Notes: a model not told the origin generated them from the sequence alone. A DNA stretch of 64,000 bases, filler included, from Octopus bimaculoides (GCF_001194135.2; 9 parts of 8 records of this genome joined end to end with filler, not necessarily neighbours in it), one strand, 5' to 3'; shown: positions 25,502 to 39,619, counted from the whole stretch's first letter. A program made the numbers and translations.

Positions 25502-28500
25502 GTATGTATCTATATGTATATATCGGTGTGTGTGCGTGTGTTCATCCTTTACACCGGTTCACAACCGGCGTTGGCTTATTTACGTCCCCGTACCTTAGTG
25601 GTTCGGCAAAAAGAAACCGATAGAATTAGTAGTGGGGTCGAATTGTTCATCACAGACCAATGTGGAACAATGACAAGTTATATGATTTGGATTCTACTGA
25701 TAAAATCACATTTGATATGAGTGAATGAAGAAAATCTGCAAACATGTGCGAATTCTGTAAAGACCACAATGGAAAGAGTTGGCTTACATTTTTTATGAAA
25801 ATAACTAAACGAGAAATTAAAATCAAAGCCATGTACATCCAATATTAAGACGATATAAAGATCACAGTAAAATACTTAGGAAGTGTACTCTATTTAGTGA
25901 TCCACACTGAAGCTGGTCATACAGTATATCCTCTAGGATGCGACCACCGAACTTGAATAAGCCTTTGCAGGAAACGTTCCCCAGTCATTGCAGATGTGTT
26001 TTTTAAATTTAGTTCTGTCAAGGACCTCTGAGTTGATGATGTTATTTTCCTATGCGATGTTCAAGATTTTGCAAATGCATCTCCTGTGATAAACATTTAA
26101 GTTTCTCTCTTGTCTGACATATTCCGTGTTTCACTTTATACACATCTTGTAGAATATCATAAACACTGAGTTGTTATTTTTTTTGAATGTTCGTCTCATC
26201 AATAATCTATGTGCTGGAAGTAGCAAACCGAATCTCTATGAAATAAAGCCATACTGTGTTATGAAAGAGTAGAAGGACTTATTGGATAATGTCATCGTAC
26301 ATGCTCTGTGTCTTATACATGTTACAATTGTAACAACTTTGATTATAGGTTTGCAGGATTAGTGTAGCCTTGTGTTTAAATATCACCACCATACGAATAA
26401 CAAAATAATTATATCAATACCAACTTCTGCCAACAAATGTGCAGACCTTGCAAGAAATAGCATCAATATCTTCATCTATAAAACACTACCGTCTTTGAAA
26501 CCGAAGAATACATCATGATGTAGACTCTTACAGACACACTGCGTCTGAATATAACAGATGTGACGGTCGAAGCATGAACGCTTTTGATTATAAGTCTGTT
26601 CAGTCAGAGTTCAATTTGGGCTTCAAAACAGCAGCTTTAAAACTAGTACAGTTTACAATCCTAACCACGAGTCAATGGGTGAATCTCTACGTGAACGTTT
26701 GGTTTTTTGGAACAGCAAAGTTTTCCAAAAATCACACCTTACAATCTTAAAAGAAAAAAAGACATTGGATAAACAAAATAAAAGTTAATTATGATAGGAA
26801 TGTCTTTGATAATAAACCTGTTGAAGCAGGGTTGATCACGTCCTAGTTGTTTGAAGTATGATAACACATTTACTTATGATTCTTTCTAATTTTGGTACAG
26901 GTCCAAGGGTCACACATTTTTGGAAAGGGCTAAGGCGATTAAATCCTGTGAATGGACAGAATTGTTTGAATATCGAACAAAATACCTTCCGCGTTTACTT
27001 TCTAAGTTTAAATCTTGCAGTACTCAAATTTACTTTTCATTCTTCTAGGATGAATAGAACTTCCAGTCGAATGTTGTAGATTGTTAGAATGTCAAATAAA
27101 ATACGTTGCATCTTTTGCAACACTTTTAGCGATCTGTGTTCAAATTCTGCCAAGGATAATTTCGCTTTCCATCATCCCGTGGTCTATAAAATTACCAGCC
27201 AGGAGCTGTGAAATATCAAAGCATCAGATAAATTTATTTATGGTAGGTATTTGTTTTACTTCTTCACGTTCTGAGATCAACTCTTACACAACTTAAGTTT
27301 GCATTTCATCCTCTTGGAAGTGTATCTGCGTATTCACTTATCACTTTTAGGATGATTTTTCGCCTCCCTCCAATATACATAGTCTATCTATGAACACAGC
27401 CTATCCATAAAAAGTTTTATTTCGGATAAAAGCTGTAGTACTCTACCTATCAGTCAACAGTCTATATACATTAAGAATGATAAACAGATGACTGTTTTAA
27501 TTTAATACTGCTTTACTTGTGTACGTCGAGTTATTTATGCAGCCCAGCAGCTACTTGCAAGAGTAGTGAATGTATTACTCAGCGTTTCCTATATCGCAGG
27601 TGATAAATCTTGTTTAGGCACATGACTGACTGCGAGTACACATCACTGAGTGGGCTCAACAAGGCTGAAAATACATCTAGCATTCTTGCTAGTTGCTGCC
27701 GGAACGATTCATGTTTTTAAACACAGCTCATATATGACTATAAAGTCCAGAATTAGTGGATTTGTGGGACTTTAAGAACACGGGAAAAAATTTGTTGTAG
27801 CATTTGTTCCGGAGCTTTACATTCTGAAATGATACTGATGCTAAGTTGAAAACATCCTTACCTCCATCTGAAATAACATTGCTGACGGAGAGAATGGAGA
27901 TTGTTGCAAGGGCAAATTTTGGTTATCTTTAAAAATACTTGTACAGGCAAGGACCCAAGAAAGAAAATTTCCAGATGCAGGTACATATGTACATGATCAA
28001 CTCTTGCCGTTTAAATCGTCCCTTGCATTTAACTTTATTGCTTGACTATAATTTAATTTCATCGACGCCGGAAAGATGAATGGCGAAGATGATCTCTGCA
28101 GTATTTGAACATAGCAAGTAAAGGGCCGTAAGTTCGACAATACAATCCGTCTCCCAGTTTATTCATTATTACCATTATACCGCTCTTTAATTATGTAATA
28201 ATCATGTAATAATTATTATGTAATAGCGATTTCTTTTAATAATGATTTAAAATAAATCAGAATAAAAATGAAAAAAATTTAAATAAATTTAAAATCGATT
28301 CAAATAAAATAGACGAATAAAAATATTATGTAATAATAAAAATGAATAAACAAATTTTTTTGCTGACCATCAAAGGAATGAAAATGTATAAAAATCTCAA
28401 ACAATCTGAAATAATAGCCTGGCTCTTCTATAAAAAGAACATAAAGTTAAACGTAGCGGTGTTCAATTTTATTATTATTAGAAACTGCTGCATTGCTGGA

Positions 28501-28914
28501 GACAGGTTTGTGGTTACAACGTTTGCTAATTCGACTCTAAACCTTCCCATCACTACAATTATATCATGTCGATGAATGCAGACAAAGTTTTCAGACTTAA
28601 ATAATCTTTTTTTTTCTCCTTGTCAGCCACACGAATTAACAAATCAAATACGAGCTATTAGAGCAGTCTCTGTATGCTAGAAATCACAACACAACCATCC
28701 TTAACCACACACCTTCCAGTGTCTTTTTTAAAAGAAGGACATGTGGAATAACGTATATTTAGCAAATCTGAATAAAATATATATATAAAAAAACTGGATG
28801 ATTACTCTAATACCTTAGATTATTTATCTGGTCGATGTGAATTTTAAATAACAAGAGTCACAGCATCTACGACAAAGACGACGACAATTAACACGTGTAC
28901 TTCATATCCTGTTC

Positions 28915-29220
28915 ATGTTGGCACTCCGTCGCTTACGACGTCGAGGGTTCCAGTTGATCCGATCAACGGAACAGCCTGCTCGTGAAATTAGCGTGCAAGT
29001 GGCTGAGCACTCCACAGACACGTGTATCCTTAACGTAGTTCTCGGATATATTCAGCGTGACACAGTGTGACAAGGCCGACCCTTTGAATTACAGGCACAA
29101 CAGAAACAGGAAGTAAGAGTGAGAGAAAGTTGTGGCGAAAGAGTACAGCAGGGTTCGCCACCATCCTCTGCCGGAGCCTCGTGGAGCCTTAGGTGTTTTC
29201 GCTCAATAAACACTCACAAC
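28915..29220 (-). mobile_element. SINE B, head lost in an N gap
   Basis: Body collinear with 2714-3020. Confidence 0.9.
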
Positions 29221-29938
29221 NNNNNNNNNNNNNNNNNNNNNNNNNNNNNNNNNNNNNNNNNNNNNNNNNNNNNNNNNNNNNNNNNNNNNNNNNNNNNNNN
29301 NNNNNNNNNNNNNNNNNNNNNNNNNNNNNNNNNNNNNNNNNNNNNNNNNNNNNNNNNNNNNNNNNNNNNNNNNNNNNNNNNNNNNNNNNNNNNNNNNNNN
29401 NNNNNNNNNNNNNNNNNNNNNNNNNNNNNNNNNNNNNNNNNNNNNNNNNNNNNNNNNNNNNNNNNNNNNNNNNNNNNNNNNNNNNNNNNNNNNNNNNNNN
29501 NNNNNNNNNNNNNNNNNNNNNNNNNNNNNNNNNNNNNNNNNNNNNNNNNNNNNNNNNNNNNNNNNNNNNNNNNNNNNNNNNNNNNNNNNNNNNNNNNNNN
29601 NNNNNNNNNNNNNNNNNNNNNNNNNNNNNNNNNNNNNNNNNNNNNNNNNNNNNNNNNNNNNNNNNNNNNNNNNNNNNNNNNNNNNNNNNNNNNNNNNNNN
29701 NNNNNNNNNNNNNNNNNNNNNNNNNNNNNNNNNNNNNNNNNNNNNNNNNNNNNNNNNNNNNNNNNNNNNNNNNNNNNNNNNNNNNNNNNNNNNNNNNNNN
29801 NNNNNNNNNNNNNNNNNNNNNNNNNNNNNNNNNNNNNNNNNNNNNNNNNNNNNNNNNNNNNNNNNNNNNNNNNNNNNNNNNNNNNNNNNNNNNNNNNNNN
29901 NNNNNNNNNNNNNNNNNNNNNNNNNNNNNNNNNNNNNN

Positions 29939-29982
<44 letters not shown>

Positions 29983-30079
29983 TGCGTGCGTGCATGGGTG
30001 TGTATGTGTGTGTCATGTATCTATGTGTGTGTGCATATATATATATATATATACTATCATCATCATCATCATCATCATA

Positions 30080-30205
30080 AAGCGTGTGCTGGCAGAATCA
30101 TCAGCAAGTAGAGCAAAATGATTAGCGGCATTTCGTCCGTTATTTACGGTCTGAGTTCAAATTCTGCCGAGGTCTACTTTGCCTTTCATCTCTTCGGGAT
30201 CGACA
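30080..30205 (+). mobile_element. SINE E, 5' part
   Basis: GCTGGCAGAATC head and GAGTTCAAATTCTGCCGAGGTC. Confidence 0.8.
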
Positions 30206-31944
30206 AAATAGCTGACAATTATTTATGTGGATAGGGGGCGCTTTCAAACTCTACGTTTCTAATACTTATGATAACCATGGTAACCTTTAAAAAATCCGAA
30301 GAACAGAAAAGAAAAAAAAATATCATTTGAATGACTAAATATAAGTGAAGTTGGGTCAATCATTATTTGCCTTGGTACTAGATATCTGACTCTTTTCTCC
30401 ATCTTTCTATCTCTTCCACACGATTAGTTGCTCTAGCCATAACTAATCATGTGACAACCCAAACAGTGACAAAAAAAAAAAAGAAAGAAAAAATACAGAT
30501 AAGTAAATGAATTGAAAATGTAGCAGCAACAAAATCAACTTCACGTTTTTTTTTTCTGACTCTGATGTCTATAAATGTTCGTAAAAAATAATAAACCGAT
30601 GCCTGTAATTTGTATTTGTATACCTAAAAACTGCGTGCTTTACATAGAAAAGGCATAAAAATGCTGCAAAGATTTCAGATAGTGTAGGAAAAACTTTGAT
30701 CTTTCTGTTAAATGGTTTTCATTTCTGAGTGTCAAGCAGTGAAAGATAAGATATTAAGGTATTTTATTATGTATGATATCTATTCACTATAACATCTTAT
30801 ACACTGATAGTATGTGGCTGCATAGAACGGAGTGGGTATTAGCACTCGAACATAGATGTAGGATGTCTGAAGTAGATTCATATAAGACTATTTATGTATG
30901 AATGTATTCATACACACACACACACACACACACATATGACTACCATGTATGTGCACACAAATACACACACGTACACATTATATATATGTATAGGAAACTA
31001 CCAAACCACCAAAGTTAGTGTATAATCACGTAGTCTTGGCCAGTTGCCATACTTAGTTGGAAAATATATTAAAAACATTGAATACAGAGGAAGCAATGGG
31101 TGACATTCGGTTTTGATTCTTTTTCTTCTCATTTTATTTTTATTTTCAGTAAACACAGATTCACTGATTCGCAGAGTAGCAAACAGCATGCGCAAACTCA
31201 CATACGAATATCAATGTGCAACTATGTGGGCGTGTTATTGTGTGTATATGTACGCTTATGCTTATGTAAGCGTGTGCGTTTGCATATTTGAGTGAATATG
31301 TAAACGCTTGTGTATCTGTAAATACGACTGCGTACGATATGTTTATCGAAAATATCTGTAAAATTTGACGGGGGTCAACGTTGACTTTCATGTTGTCAGC
31401 GTTGATGAAATAGTACTTGCAGTATTCTAATTTATAAAATATATAAGCATTTCCTCATATGAATATTTTTGTCGGCAGAAAGGGTTTATGGAAAGTAAAA
31501 AGTAATTAAATGTAATTGCATATATTTTCGCTAAAATAACTTGCATATACACATTTATTAGTACCAAAACTATCTCTCCCACACATAAATAGATACAAAA
31601 GAGAAAATGTGAAGCACTTAGTACAAGCACTGAGCGTTAAACAGCCAGCAGTTTATGACTTAGCTATGTATTACTTATAGTTTCACAAACGTGTTTGTGA
31701 AAAGATAAGTATGGCAAATTGTCAGAAAATAAATTTTAATACATATATGCGCATACGTAAACACACAAACCCAAACACACAAGCACACACACATACTTAC
31801 ATACTGGCTGTATACATTTTACATACATATATAATATAGAATTCAAAACATAATTAGCTGTTAGCATGATATATTGAAGCCATATATTGCCGAAGTTGTT
31901 AATTAATTAATAATAATGACGACGATAACAGCAACAATATTAAT

Positions 31945-32320
31945 AATGATTTCAAATTGTGAAACAAGGCCAGCAACTTCGGGTGAGGGGAATCCATTGA
32001 CATCAGTGTTCAACTGGTACTTATTGTATCGACCCCGAAAGGATCAAAGGCAAAGTCGACCCCTGCAGCACTTGAACTAAGAACGTAAATAATGATAATC
32101 CTTTCTACTATAAGCAAAAGCCTGGACCTTTTTTTGGTGGCGGGGTGGGACCACTCGATTACATCGATCCGAGTATTTCACTGGCACTTAATTCATCGAC
32201 CCCGAAAGGATGAAAGGCAAAGTCGACCTTGGCGGAATTTGAACTCAGAATATAGCGACGGGCGAAATACCGCTAAGCATTTTGCCCAGCGTGCTAACGA
32301 TTTTGCCAGCTCGCCGCGTT
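31945..32320 (-). mobile_element. Two tandem SINE E copies
   Basis: ATCGACCCCGAAAGGAT.AAAGGCAAAGTCGACC at about 32030 and 32200. Confidence 0.85.
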
Positions 32321-32325
32321 AAAAA

Positions 32326-32381
<56 letters not shown>

Positions 32382-32409
32382 AATAATAATAGTAATAATA
32401 ATAATAATA

Positions 32410-32813
32410 GGCGCAAGTGTGGCTGTGCGGTAAGTAGCTTGCTTACCAACCACATGGTTCCAGGTTCAGTCCAACTACGTGGCACCTTGGGCAAGTGTCT
32501 TCCACTGTAGCCTCGAGCCGACCAAACCCTTGTCAGTGGATTTGGTAGACGGAAACTGAAAGAATCCCGTCGTATATATATGTGTATATATGTATGTGTG
32601 TGTATATGTTTGTGTGTCTGTGTTTGTCCCCCCAACATCGCTTGTCAACCGATGCTGGTCCCCGTAAATTAGCGGTTCGGCAAAAATGATCGACAGAATA
32701 AGTACTAGGCTTACAAAGAATAAGTCCTGGGGTCGATTTGCTCGACTAAAGGCGGTGCTCCAGCATGGCCGCAGTCAAATGACTGAAACAAGTAAAAGAG
32801 TAAAAGAGTAAAG
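32410..32813 (+). mobile_element. SINE A, full length, embedded in (AAT)n
   Basis: Head, body and tail intact; (AAT)n on both sides. Confidence 0.92.
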
Positions 32814-32814
32814 T

Positions 32815-32870
<56 letters not shown>

Positions 32871-33003
32871 GCTCGCATTCTAAGTAGAGTATTATCTCTT
32901 TGAGTCACAGGAGAAGGCACTATTTGAAATTTTTGGTGATTTGTTATTGCCTGCTTTCAAGTAAAGAAGAACCGATAATTAAGAACTATCCGAGAGTCTT
33001 TCA

Positions 33004-33061
<58 letters not shown>

Positions 33062-33069
33062 TATAATTA

Positions 33070-33232
33070 TAATAAAGAAATATACACAAGACGTTAAGGA
33101 TAATACAGCATCGTGGGCTTGGCTTGAGCGAGGTGATTTGAAGCGTACCATCGAAAGCCTGATCATTGCTGCACAAGACTAGGCTCTCGCTGCCAATTCA
33201 GTGAAGTATAACATCTATTAAACTTCTGACAC
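33070..33232 (+). mobile_element. Short R4/Dong-like LINE fragment
   Basis: Translates as SWAWLERGDLKRTIESLIIAAQD*AL, homologous to TWLWL*RGKLKREKESLLVAAQDQAL near 13755-13830; directly preceded by (AAT)n. Confidence 0.8.
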
Positions 33233-33300
33233 CCATATAAATAATATATATATATGTATATATATACATATATATATATCTGTCAGGCGGTATATATATC

Positions 33301-33636
33301 TGTGCGGTAAGTAGCTTGCTTACCAACCACATGGTTCCAGGTTCAGTCCAACTACGTGGCACCTTGGGCAAGTGTCTTCCACTGTAGCCTCGAGCCGACC
33401 AAACCCTTGTCAGTGGATTTGGTAGACGGAAACTGAAAGAATCCCGTCGTATATATATGTGTATATATGTATGTGTGTGTATATGTTTGTGTGTCTGTGT
33501 TTGTCCCCCCAACACCGCTTGTCAACCGATGCTGGTCCCCGTAACTTAGCGGTTCGGCAAAAATGATCGACAGAATAAGTACTAGGCTTACAAAGAATAA
33601 GTCCTGGGGTCGATTTGCTCGACTAAAGGTGGTGCT
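33301..33636 (+). mobile_element. SINE A, near-identical duplicate of 32424-32757
   Basis: Shares private variants (CCAACTACG, CTTCCACTGTAGCCTCGAG, a deletion before CCCCGTAA); about 3 differences. Confidence 0.9.
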
Positions 33637-34142
33637 ATAAAGCAGGAAAGTATACTAGCCCGTATATATATTTAATAATCAATATTTGATATATTCAATA
33701 AGACATTCAATACTTCATTTCATTTTACTATTTACATTATATATTCCATATTCTATATCCCACATTAATTTTATAAGAATATAAATAAAACATAAAAAAC
33801 AGAGAGAGTTGAAACTCTTTTAAATACTATATATATAAATGCTCATATGGGTACAGGACGTCACAAACTGGTTAAAACAACATGAAGTACAACAACAAAC
33901 AAGTTAAATACGCGAACAACGAGAGAAAGCAATGGAAAACAGGACAAGTAACAGAGAACGACCCTTCATCGGTTGTCGGCTGTCTCTCTACTCCTCATTT
34001 CAAGCAGCTCCCCACGATGGGAACCAATGCTCTAGCTGCTAGATCATATGCTTCAACCACACGTAAGTACAAACTCACACAGACCCACACACTCACACAC
34101 ACACACACACACACATACATACATTCACACACACAGAACAAA

Positions 34143-34177
<35 letters not shown>

Positions 34178-34179
34178 TA

Positions 34180-34388
34180 TATTGGTGTCAAATTTTAGCA
34201 CAAGTTTTAGGGGAGAAGTAAGTCGATTACATCAATCCTAGTGTTCAAATAGTATTTCTTTTATCAACCCCGAAAGGATGAAAAGCAAAGTCGACCCCGG
34301 TGGCATTCGAACTCAGAACATAAAGGCAGGCGAAATACCGCTAAGCATTTTTCCCGGCGTGCTAACGAATCTGCCAGCTCTCCGCCGT
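34180..34388 (-). mobile_element. SINE E
   Basis: CCCGAAAGGATGAAAAGCAAAGTCGACC..GCTAACGAATCTGCCAGCTC. Confidence 0.85.
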
Positions 34389-34434
<46 letters not shown>

Positions 34435-35124
34435 TAACAGGAGACAATATTGCTAATATTTATATGCTGAATGTTCCCGAAACACATTCGGTGAAAAGTA
34501 AAAGTTAATAATAGTAAAAATTAATATTGGTGTGTATTGCCCTTTTGGGAAGCGGTAGTTCCATGAGAAACCATTTCCAAATGTTTATTGGTTTTTGTAG
34601 ACATTCAGGAAATTTAGCTGCCACCTAAGTTGTCCAGCGTACCATAAAGCAACTATTAAGAAATCTGTATTGTTAGGATATACGCTATATTCCCGACAAA
34701 TTTCAATTAGTGTTCAACCAGGTGGTATGGAGACTGTCCGTCCAGTCAAGGCATGGCATATTTATACTGTTGTTATATTTTATTATAGTTTTACTTTCTC
34801 ATTCTCCTGCTGAATAGAAGATGCTGAAAGAGGCCACGAGAATGTTGTTTATACGGAAGTCAGCGATGATCGAATAAGCCTATGATAAAAGACGTTCCAG
34901 TCATGACCATTACGTATGACATAACGTTTATGAAGTTAATAAAGTGTTATTTGAGAGAGAAATGGCCTTTTCTAGCAAGCTGAGCTACAATTCTTAGGGT
35001 TTAATGAAATGTATTGGAGATGGTTGAAAAGTGACATTGATAAGTTCATAAGAAATGCGTTTCCTTTAGATTTCACTTGATATAGATATCAACCAGAATA
35101 GGATGAGCATCGAAACGGCTATAT

Positions 35125-35665
35125 TGGTTTCAGGTTTTGGCAACAAGACTAGAAATTTCGTCGGGGGAGCTGTAAGTCGACTATATTGACGCCTATTATC
35201 AACTGGTACTTATTTTATCGACCCCGAAAGAATGAAAGGCAAATGTAAGTGCTGGGATCGATTCATTCGAAAAATAAAATTCTTCAATGCAGGGCCCCAA
35301 GCATGGCTGCAGTCTAATGACGCAAACAAGTAAAATATAGCAGATGTGACTGTGTGGTAAGAAGCTTGCTTTCCATTTACATGGTTTCGGGTTCAGTCCC
35401 ACTGCGTGACACCTTGGGCAAGTGTCTTCTACTTTAGCTTCAGGTGGACTGAAGTTTTGTAAGTGGATTGGGTAGACGGAAACTGAAAGAAGCCCGTCGT
35501 ATATATATGTGTGTGTGTGTGTGTTTGTGTCTATCTTCGGCAAGAGAACCCGATAGAATAAGTGATGGGCTTACAAAATAAGTGTGGGGTCGATTTGTTC
35601 GACTAAAAGCCCTTCAAGGCGGTGCTCCAGCATGGCTGCAGTCAGATGACTGAAACAAGTAAAAC
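35125..35665. mobile_element. Adjacent SINE E 3' part (minus), SINE A tail fragment (minus) and SINE A (plus, 35341-35665)
   Basis: Family motifs as above. Confidence 0.75.
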
Positions 35666-36529
35666 AATTATATAAACATATAAAGAAAACACAGACAAAC
35701 ACAAACAAACACAGACACACACATACGTGCAAACACACACACACACACACGCACACACACACACAAACAAACGCACACATACACACATAAATATACAATT
35801 CTGTACCTTTGTGTTACACTATTGAGTGCTCAGTATTTCATTAGTAGGTGCATTTACAACATGCAGACATGTATACACACGTATGTGTGTGTGTGAGTGT
35901 GAGAGTGAGATATCTGGTTAATAACTTTGTAGAGTGCTTTCCAAAGCTCCTTTTCGGGTATCGTCTTTCGGGTGCTGTCCTTCAATAAGACTTCTCTTTT
36001 CACTGGATATTCTTGTGGGAATCTGTGAGTATCCGAAGAGTATATACTAAGAAATTTGCTGTGCTTTAACCAGTACTCATCCGAAGGCATGCATATATAC
36101 ACCTATTGTATGATCATATGAATATAATAATGTATATAACATTCAGCAATTACCAGCTGATAATAATGGCTCTAAAACAATTGTAGTTTTTGTAAAAACG
36201 CCCGTTCGTTTCATCTTCTCGTATCAAAACTCTTCATACACACACATACACACACACACGCGTGCGCAAACACATACACATACACACTTACACACACGCG
36301 CATACATACACACACATATTTTTAAACTTTTACTTGTTTGAGTCACTAGTCTGTGGCCATACTGGTACATCGGCTTATAGCCGAACGATTCGACCCCAAT
36401 ATCTTTTTAAAGTCTGATACTTAATCTACCGAACCCCTTTACCGAACCTCTAAGCTACGGGGACATAAACATACCAATACCGGTTATAAAGTGGGTGTGG
36501 TGGGACAAACACAGCACACCTCATATGTG

Positions 36530-36830
36530 TGTGTATATACTCTTACTCTCCTACTCTCTACACTCTTACTCTCTTACTCTCTCACCCTTACTCCCTCACC
36601 CCCTCTTTCTCTCCTCTCTCTTACTCTCTCTCACTCTCTTCTCTCGTACTCCCCCCTCTCTCACTCTTACTCTCTACACTCTTACTCTCCTACTCTCTAC
36701 ACTCTTACTCTCTTACTCTCTCACCCTTACTCTCTCACTCTCTTCCCCTCTCTCTCACTCTCTTTCTCTTCCTCTCTTTCTCTTCCTCTCTTTCTCTTCC
36801 TCTCTTTCTCTTCCTCTCTTTCTCTTCCTC
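36530..36830. repeat. CT-rich compound minisatellite
   Basis: CTCTTACTCTCCTACTCTCTACACTCTTACTCTCTTACTCTCTCACCCTTACTC occurs twice, then TCTCTTCCTCTCTT repeats. Confidence 0.9.
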
Positions 36831-37203
36831 NNNNNNNNNNNNNNNNNNNNNNNNNNNNNNNNNNNNNNNNNNNNTTAATTAATTAANNNNNNNNNNNNNN
36901 NNNNNNNNNNNNNNNNNNNNNNNNNNNNNNTGGGGAAAAAACATTGGTTTGTGCTAAACAGGAATGGGAAATATTCTAAATTGGAATTGATGTTGTTATC
37001 CCCCAAACCAGCATTAATCAAGCAGAATTTGTGACCAAAATATTTCCAGTCTAATATCTCCAGACACGTGCACAGGCATAGCTGTATAGTTAAGAATTTC
37101 ACTTTGCAGCAGTGCAGTCTTGGGTTTACAACTATCACACGATATCAAGACAAGGAAACGCACACACACACACATGCACACACACACGTGCACACACACA
37201 TGT

Positions 37204-37238
<35 letters not shown>

Positions 37239-37474
37239 ATGGGCTTGCACACAGATTCTATCTACCAAATTCTCTCACAAGGCTTTGGTCAGCCCAGGAC
37301 TAAAGTAGAAAACACTTGCCAAAAGTGCCATGGAAAAGAACTGAACCCTTAACCATGTAGTTTGGGTAGCAAGCTTCTTAATGCCCACAGCCACATCTAG
37401 GTTTCTTAAAGATAAAATTTAGTAGGCAGAAACTATGTGGAAGCCTGTCAGAAGAACTGTTCCTGTTCTTGGCT

Positions 37475-39030
37475 TGCTTGCTTGATGCTCTTGCTTGATG
37501 CTCTAGCTTGATGCCCTAGCTTGATGGGGTTTGGGTCATCCCAGGTTAGTGGTCCTAGAGGTGTCATCATATATAGAGCTGACCAGGTTCACCAGTGTTC
37601 TCCATCACTGGCGGTCCTGAGCCAGCCCCTCTGCATCCTCCAAGGTGATATCGAACCTCTGGCGATCTTCCTTAATCACATCCAGCCATCTGGTGTGGGG
37701 CCCTCTTCTCAGTTGATAAACTTAATCCATCACATGGATTACCAGCAGCATCTGCTGCTTGGCTGACTTTCAGTTGCAATCATTCAGGTTAGATCCCTGG
37801 GCTAAGGATCAATTTTCTTTCATCCTTCTGTCAGTCTCACAGGCCCAGAAAATGGTCATAAATACTGTCATTCCTCTTCTGAGTAAGCTATTTAAAAAAA
37901 TCTACAATTACATTATCATATAAGGACTTCACGGCAACTTCTGGGCATCCATTTATCTCAAACTTGTGCAAAACTGTACATGCAGTTATATGTCTTTCTG
38001 ATATCTACAAAGTACAAGGTGTCCCAAAAGTCACTGATGGGTTTCAATTTTTAATACCTTCCTTAACTTTATGAATAAATGAATGAAAGTTTGATATAAT
38101 ATAAAGGAAATAATGGAAATTAATATGCATCAGTCAAATTTTGCAACACCACTACATCACATATGAAAAATGACATTGTTTAAATGGCAGCTGTTTTTGG
38201 CTTTGCACGCCATGCTCTTTCCAAAACTTGCACCATAACACCCTCAAGAGTTTCAAACCTCACTTCTCTGATTTCTCCATTGATGTTCACCTTCAGTTGC
38301 ACCAGGGTTTTCAGTCTATTGGTATGAACCTTCTCTTTCAGGTATCTCCGCAAGAAAAAATCCAGGCTAGTCAAGTGTAGGGAACGTGAAAGCCACTCAA
38401 AGTAGACCTCACACATGGTTCCAGCAAGATGGGGCAACTGCTCATACTGTAAGAGAAACAATGCAGTTGCTATGACAGTACTTTGGAGAGAGAATAATCT
38501 CCCACTACAGCAATCTTAACTGGCCTTCACGATCCCCAGACTTGACTAGTCCAGATTTTTTTTTTGTGGAGATACCTGAAAGATAGAGTTTATGTCAACA
38601 AACCAGAGACCCTGGTGCAACTGAAGGAGAACAACAATAGAGAAATCAGAGAAGTGGGGTCTGAAACTCTTGAGGGTGTTACGGTGTAAGTTTTGGAAAG
38701 AACATGGGTGTGCAAAGCTGAAAACGGCTGCCATTTAAGCAATGTAATTTTTCATATGTGATGTAGTGGTGTTGCAAAATTTGACTTTTGCATATTAATT
38801 TCCATTATGTCCCTTATATTGTATTAAAATTTCATGCATTTATTTGTAAAGTCAAGGAAGTTATTAAAAATTGAAACCCATCAGTGACTTTTGGGACACC
38901 CTGTACACCTCTTGGTGAATTTCCCATGATTTCTCAAAGAGTTGCCACAGAATGAATATTTGAAAGGGTCTACCACCAGGAATAAAACAAAAATGTAAAG
39001 TTCCTTCCCAAATCATATAAACTCCTAGGG
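37475..39030 (-). mobile_element. Decayed, internally deleted RTE-clade LINE, interrupted by a DD41D element
   Basis: RT segment QIFILWQLFEKSWEIHQEVY|FVDIRKTY; C-terminus RGPHTRWLDVIKED..AQDRQ*WRTLV; short tandem tail (CATCAAGC-containing) near 37475-37525. Confidence 0.8.
38015..38903. mobile_element. Tc1/mariner DD41D (rosa/Visitor-like) non-autonomous fold-back element
   Basis: TA TSD at 38013-38014 and 38904-38905; termini CA(A/G)GGTGTCCCAAAAGTCACTGA; arms 38015-38395 and 38521-38903 are inverted; plus strand WFQQDGATAHT..WPSRSPDLTSPDFF has 41 residues between the catalytic Ds. Confidence 0.9.
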
Positions 39031-39039
39031 CTAGTTTTC

Positions 39040-39242
39040 CAGTTTCCATGGCTTACATATTCCCCACCTGGACGGGACAGTGGTCAGTTGAAGGATGACT
39101 CATTTTTGCCAGGTGAGTGGACTGGAGCAATATGAAATGAAGTGTTTTGCTCAAGAACACAACACATTACCAGGTCCAGAAATCGAAACCTCAATCTTAT
39201 GATCATGAGTCTAACACCCTAACCACTAAGCCATGCATCTCC
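39040..39242 (-). mobile_element. SINE D
   Basis: Minus-strand head GCATGGCTTAGTGGTTAGGGTG and GGTTTCGATTTCTGG. Confidence 0.82.
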
Positions 39243-39619
39243 ACCCACCATCAGGAATAGTGAACAAAAATAATGGATGGCTGAATTACATTGTCCACGG
39301 TGTCCTCTATTTTTATGGTAGGGAATGATTTGATGTTATTGTGCATGTCTTGGTTTTGGAATTGACATACTTACATCCTTGCGTATTACAAGAGGTGAAT
39401 AAAAAGATTGCTGATTAGAAGGACATCATTCAACCATAAAATACTGTCTGGAAAAACTGTCCAATGCATGCAAGCATGGAAAAACTGTTGTAAACCACCA
39501 ATGATGGTGATCGAAGTGTAATTTGAGGTGAATTTTATTGCCATTTCCCTTCGAAATCTACAAAAATGGTAAGATCTAACTGGTTGCTGGTACCATGTGA
39601 AAAGTACTGGGTCTGGTGC

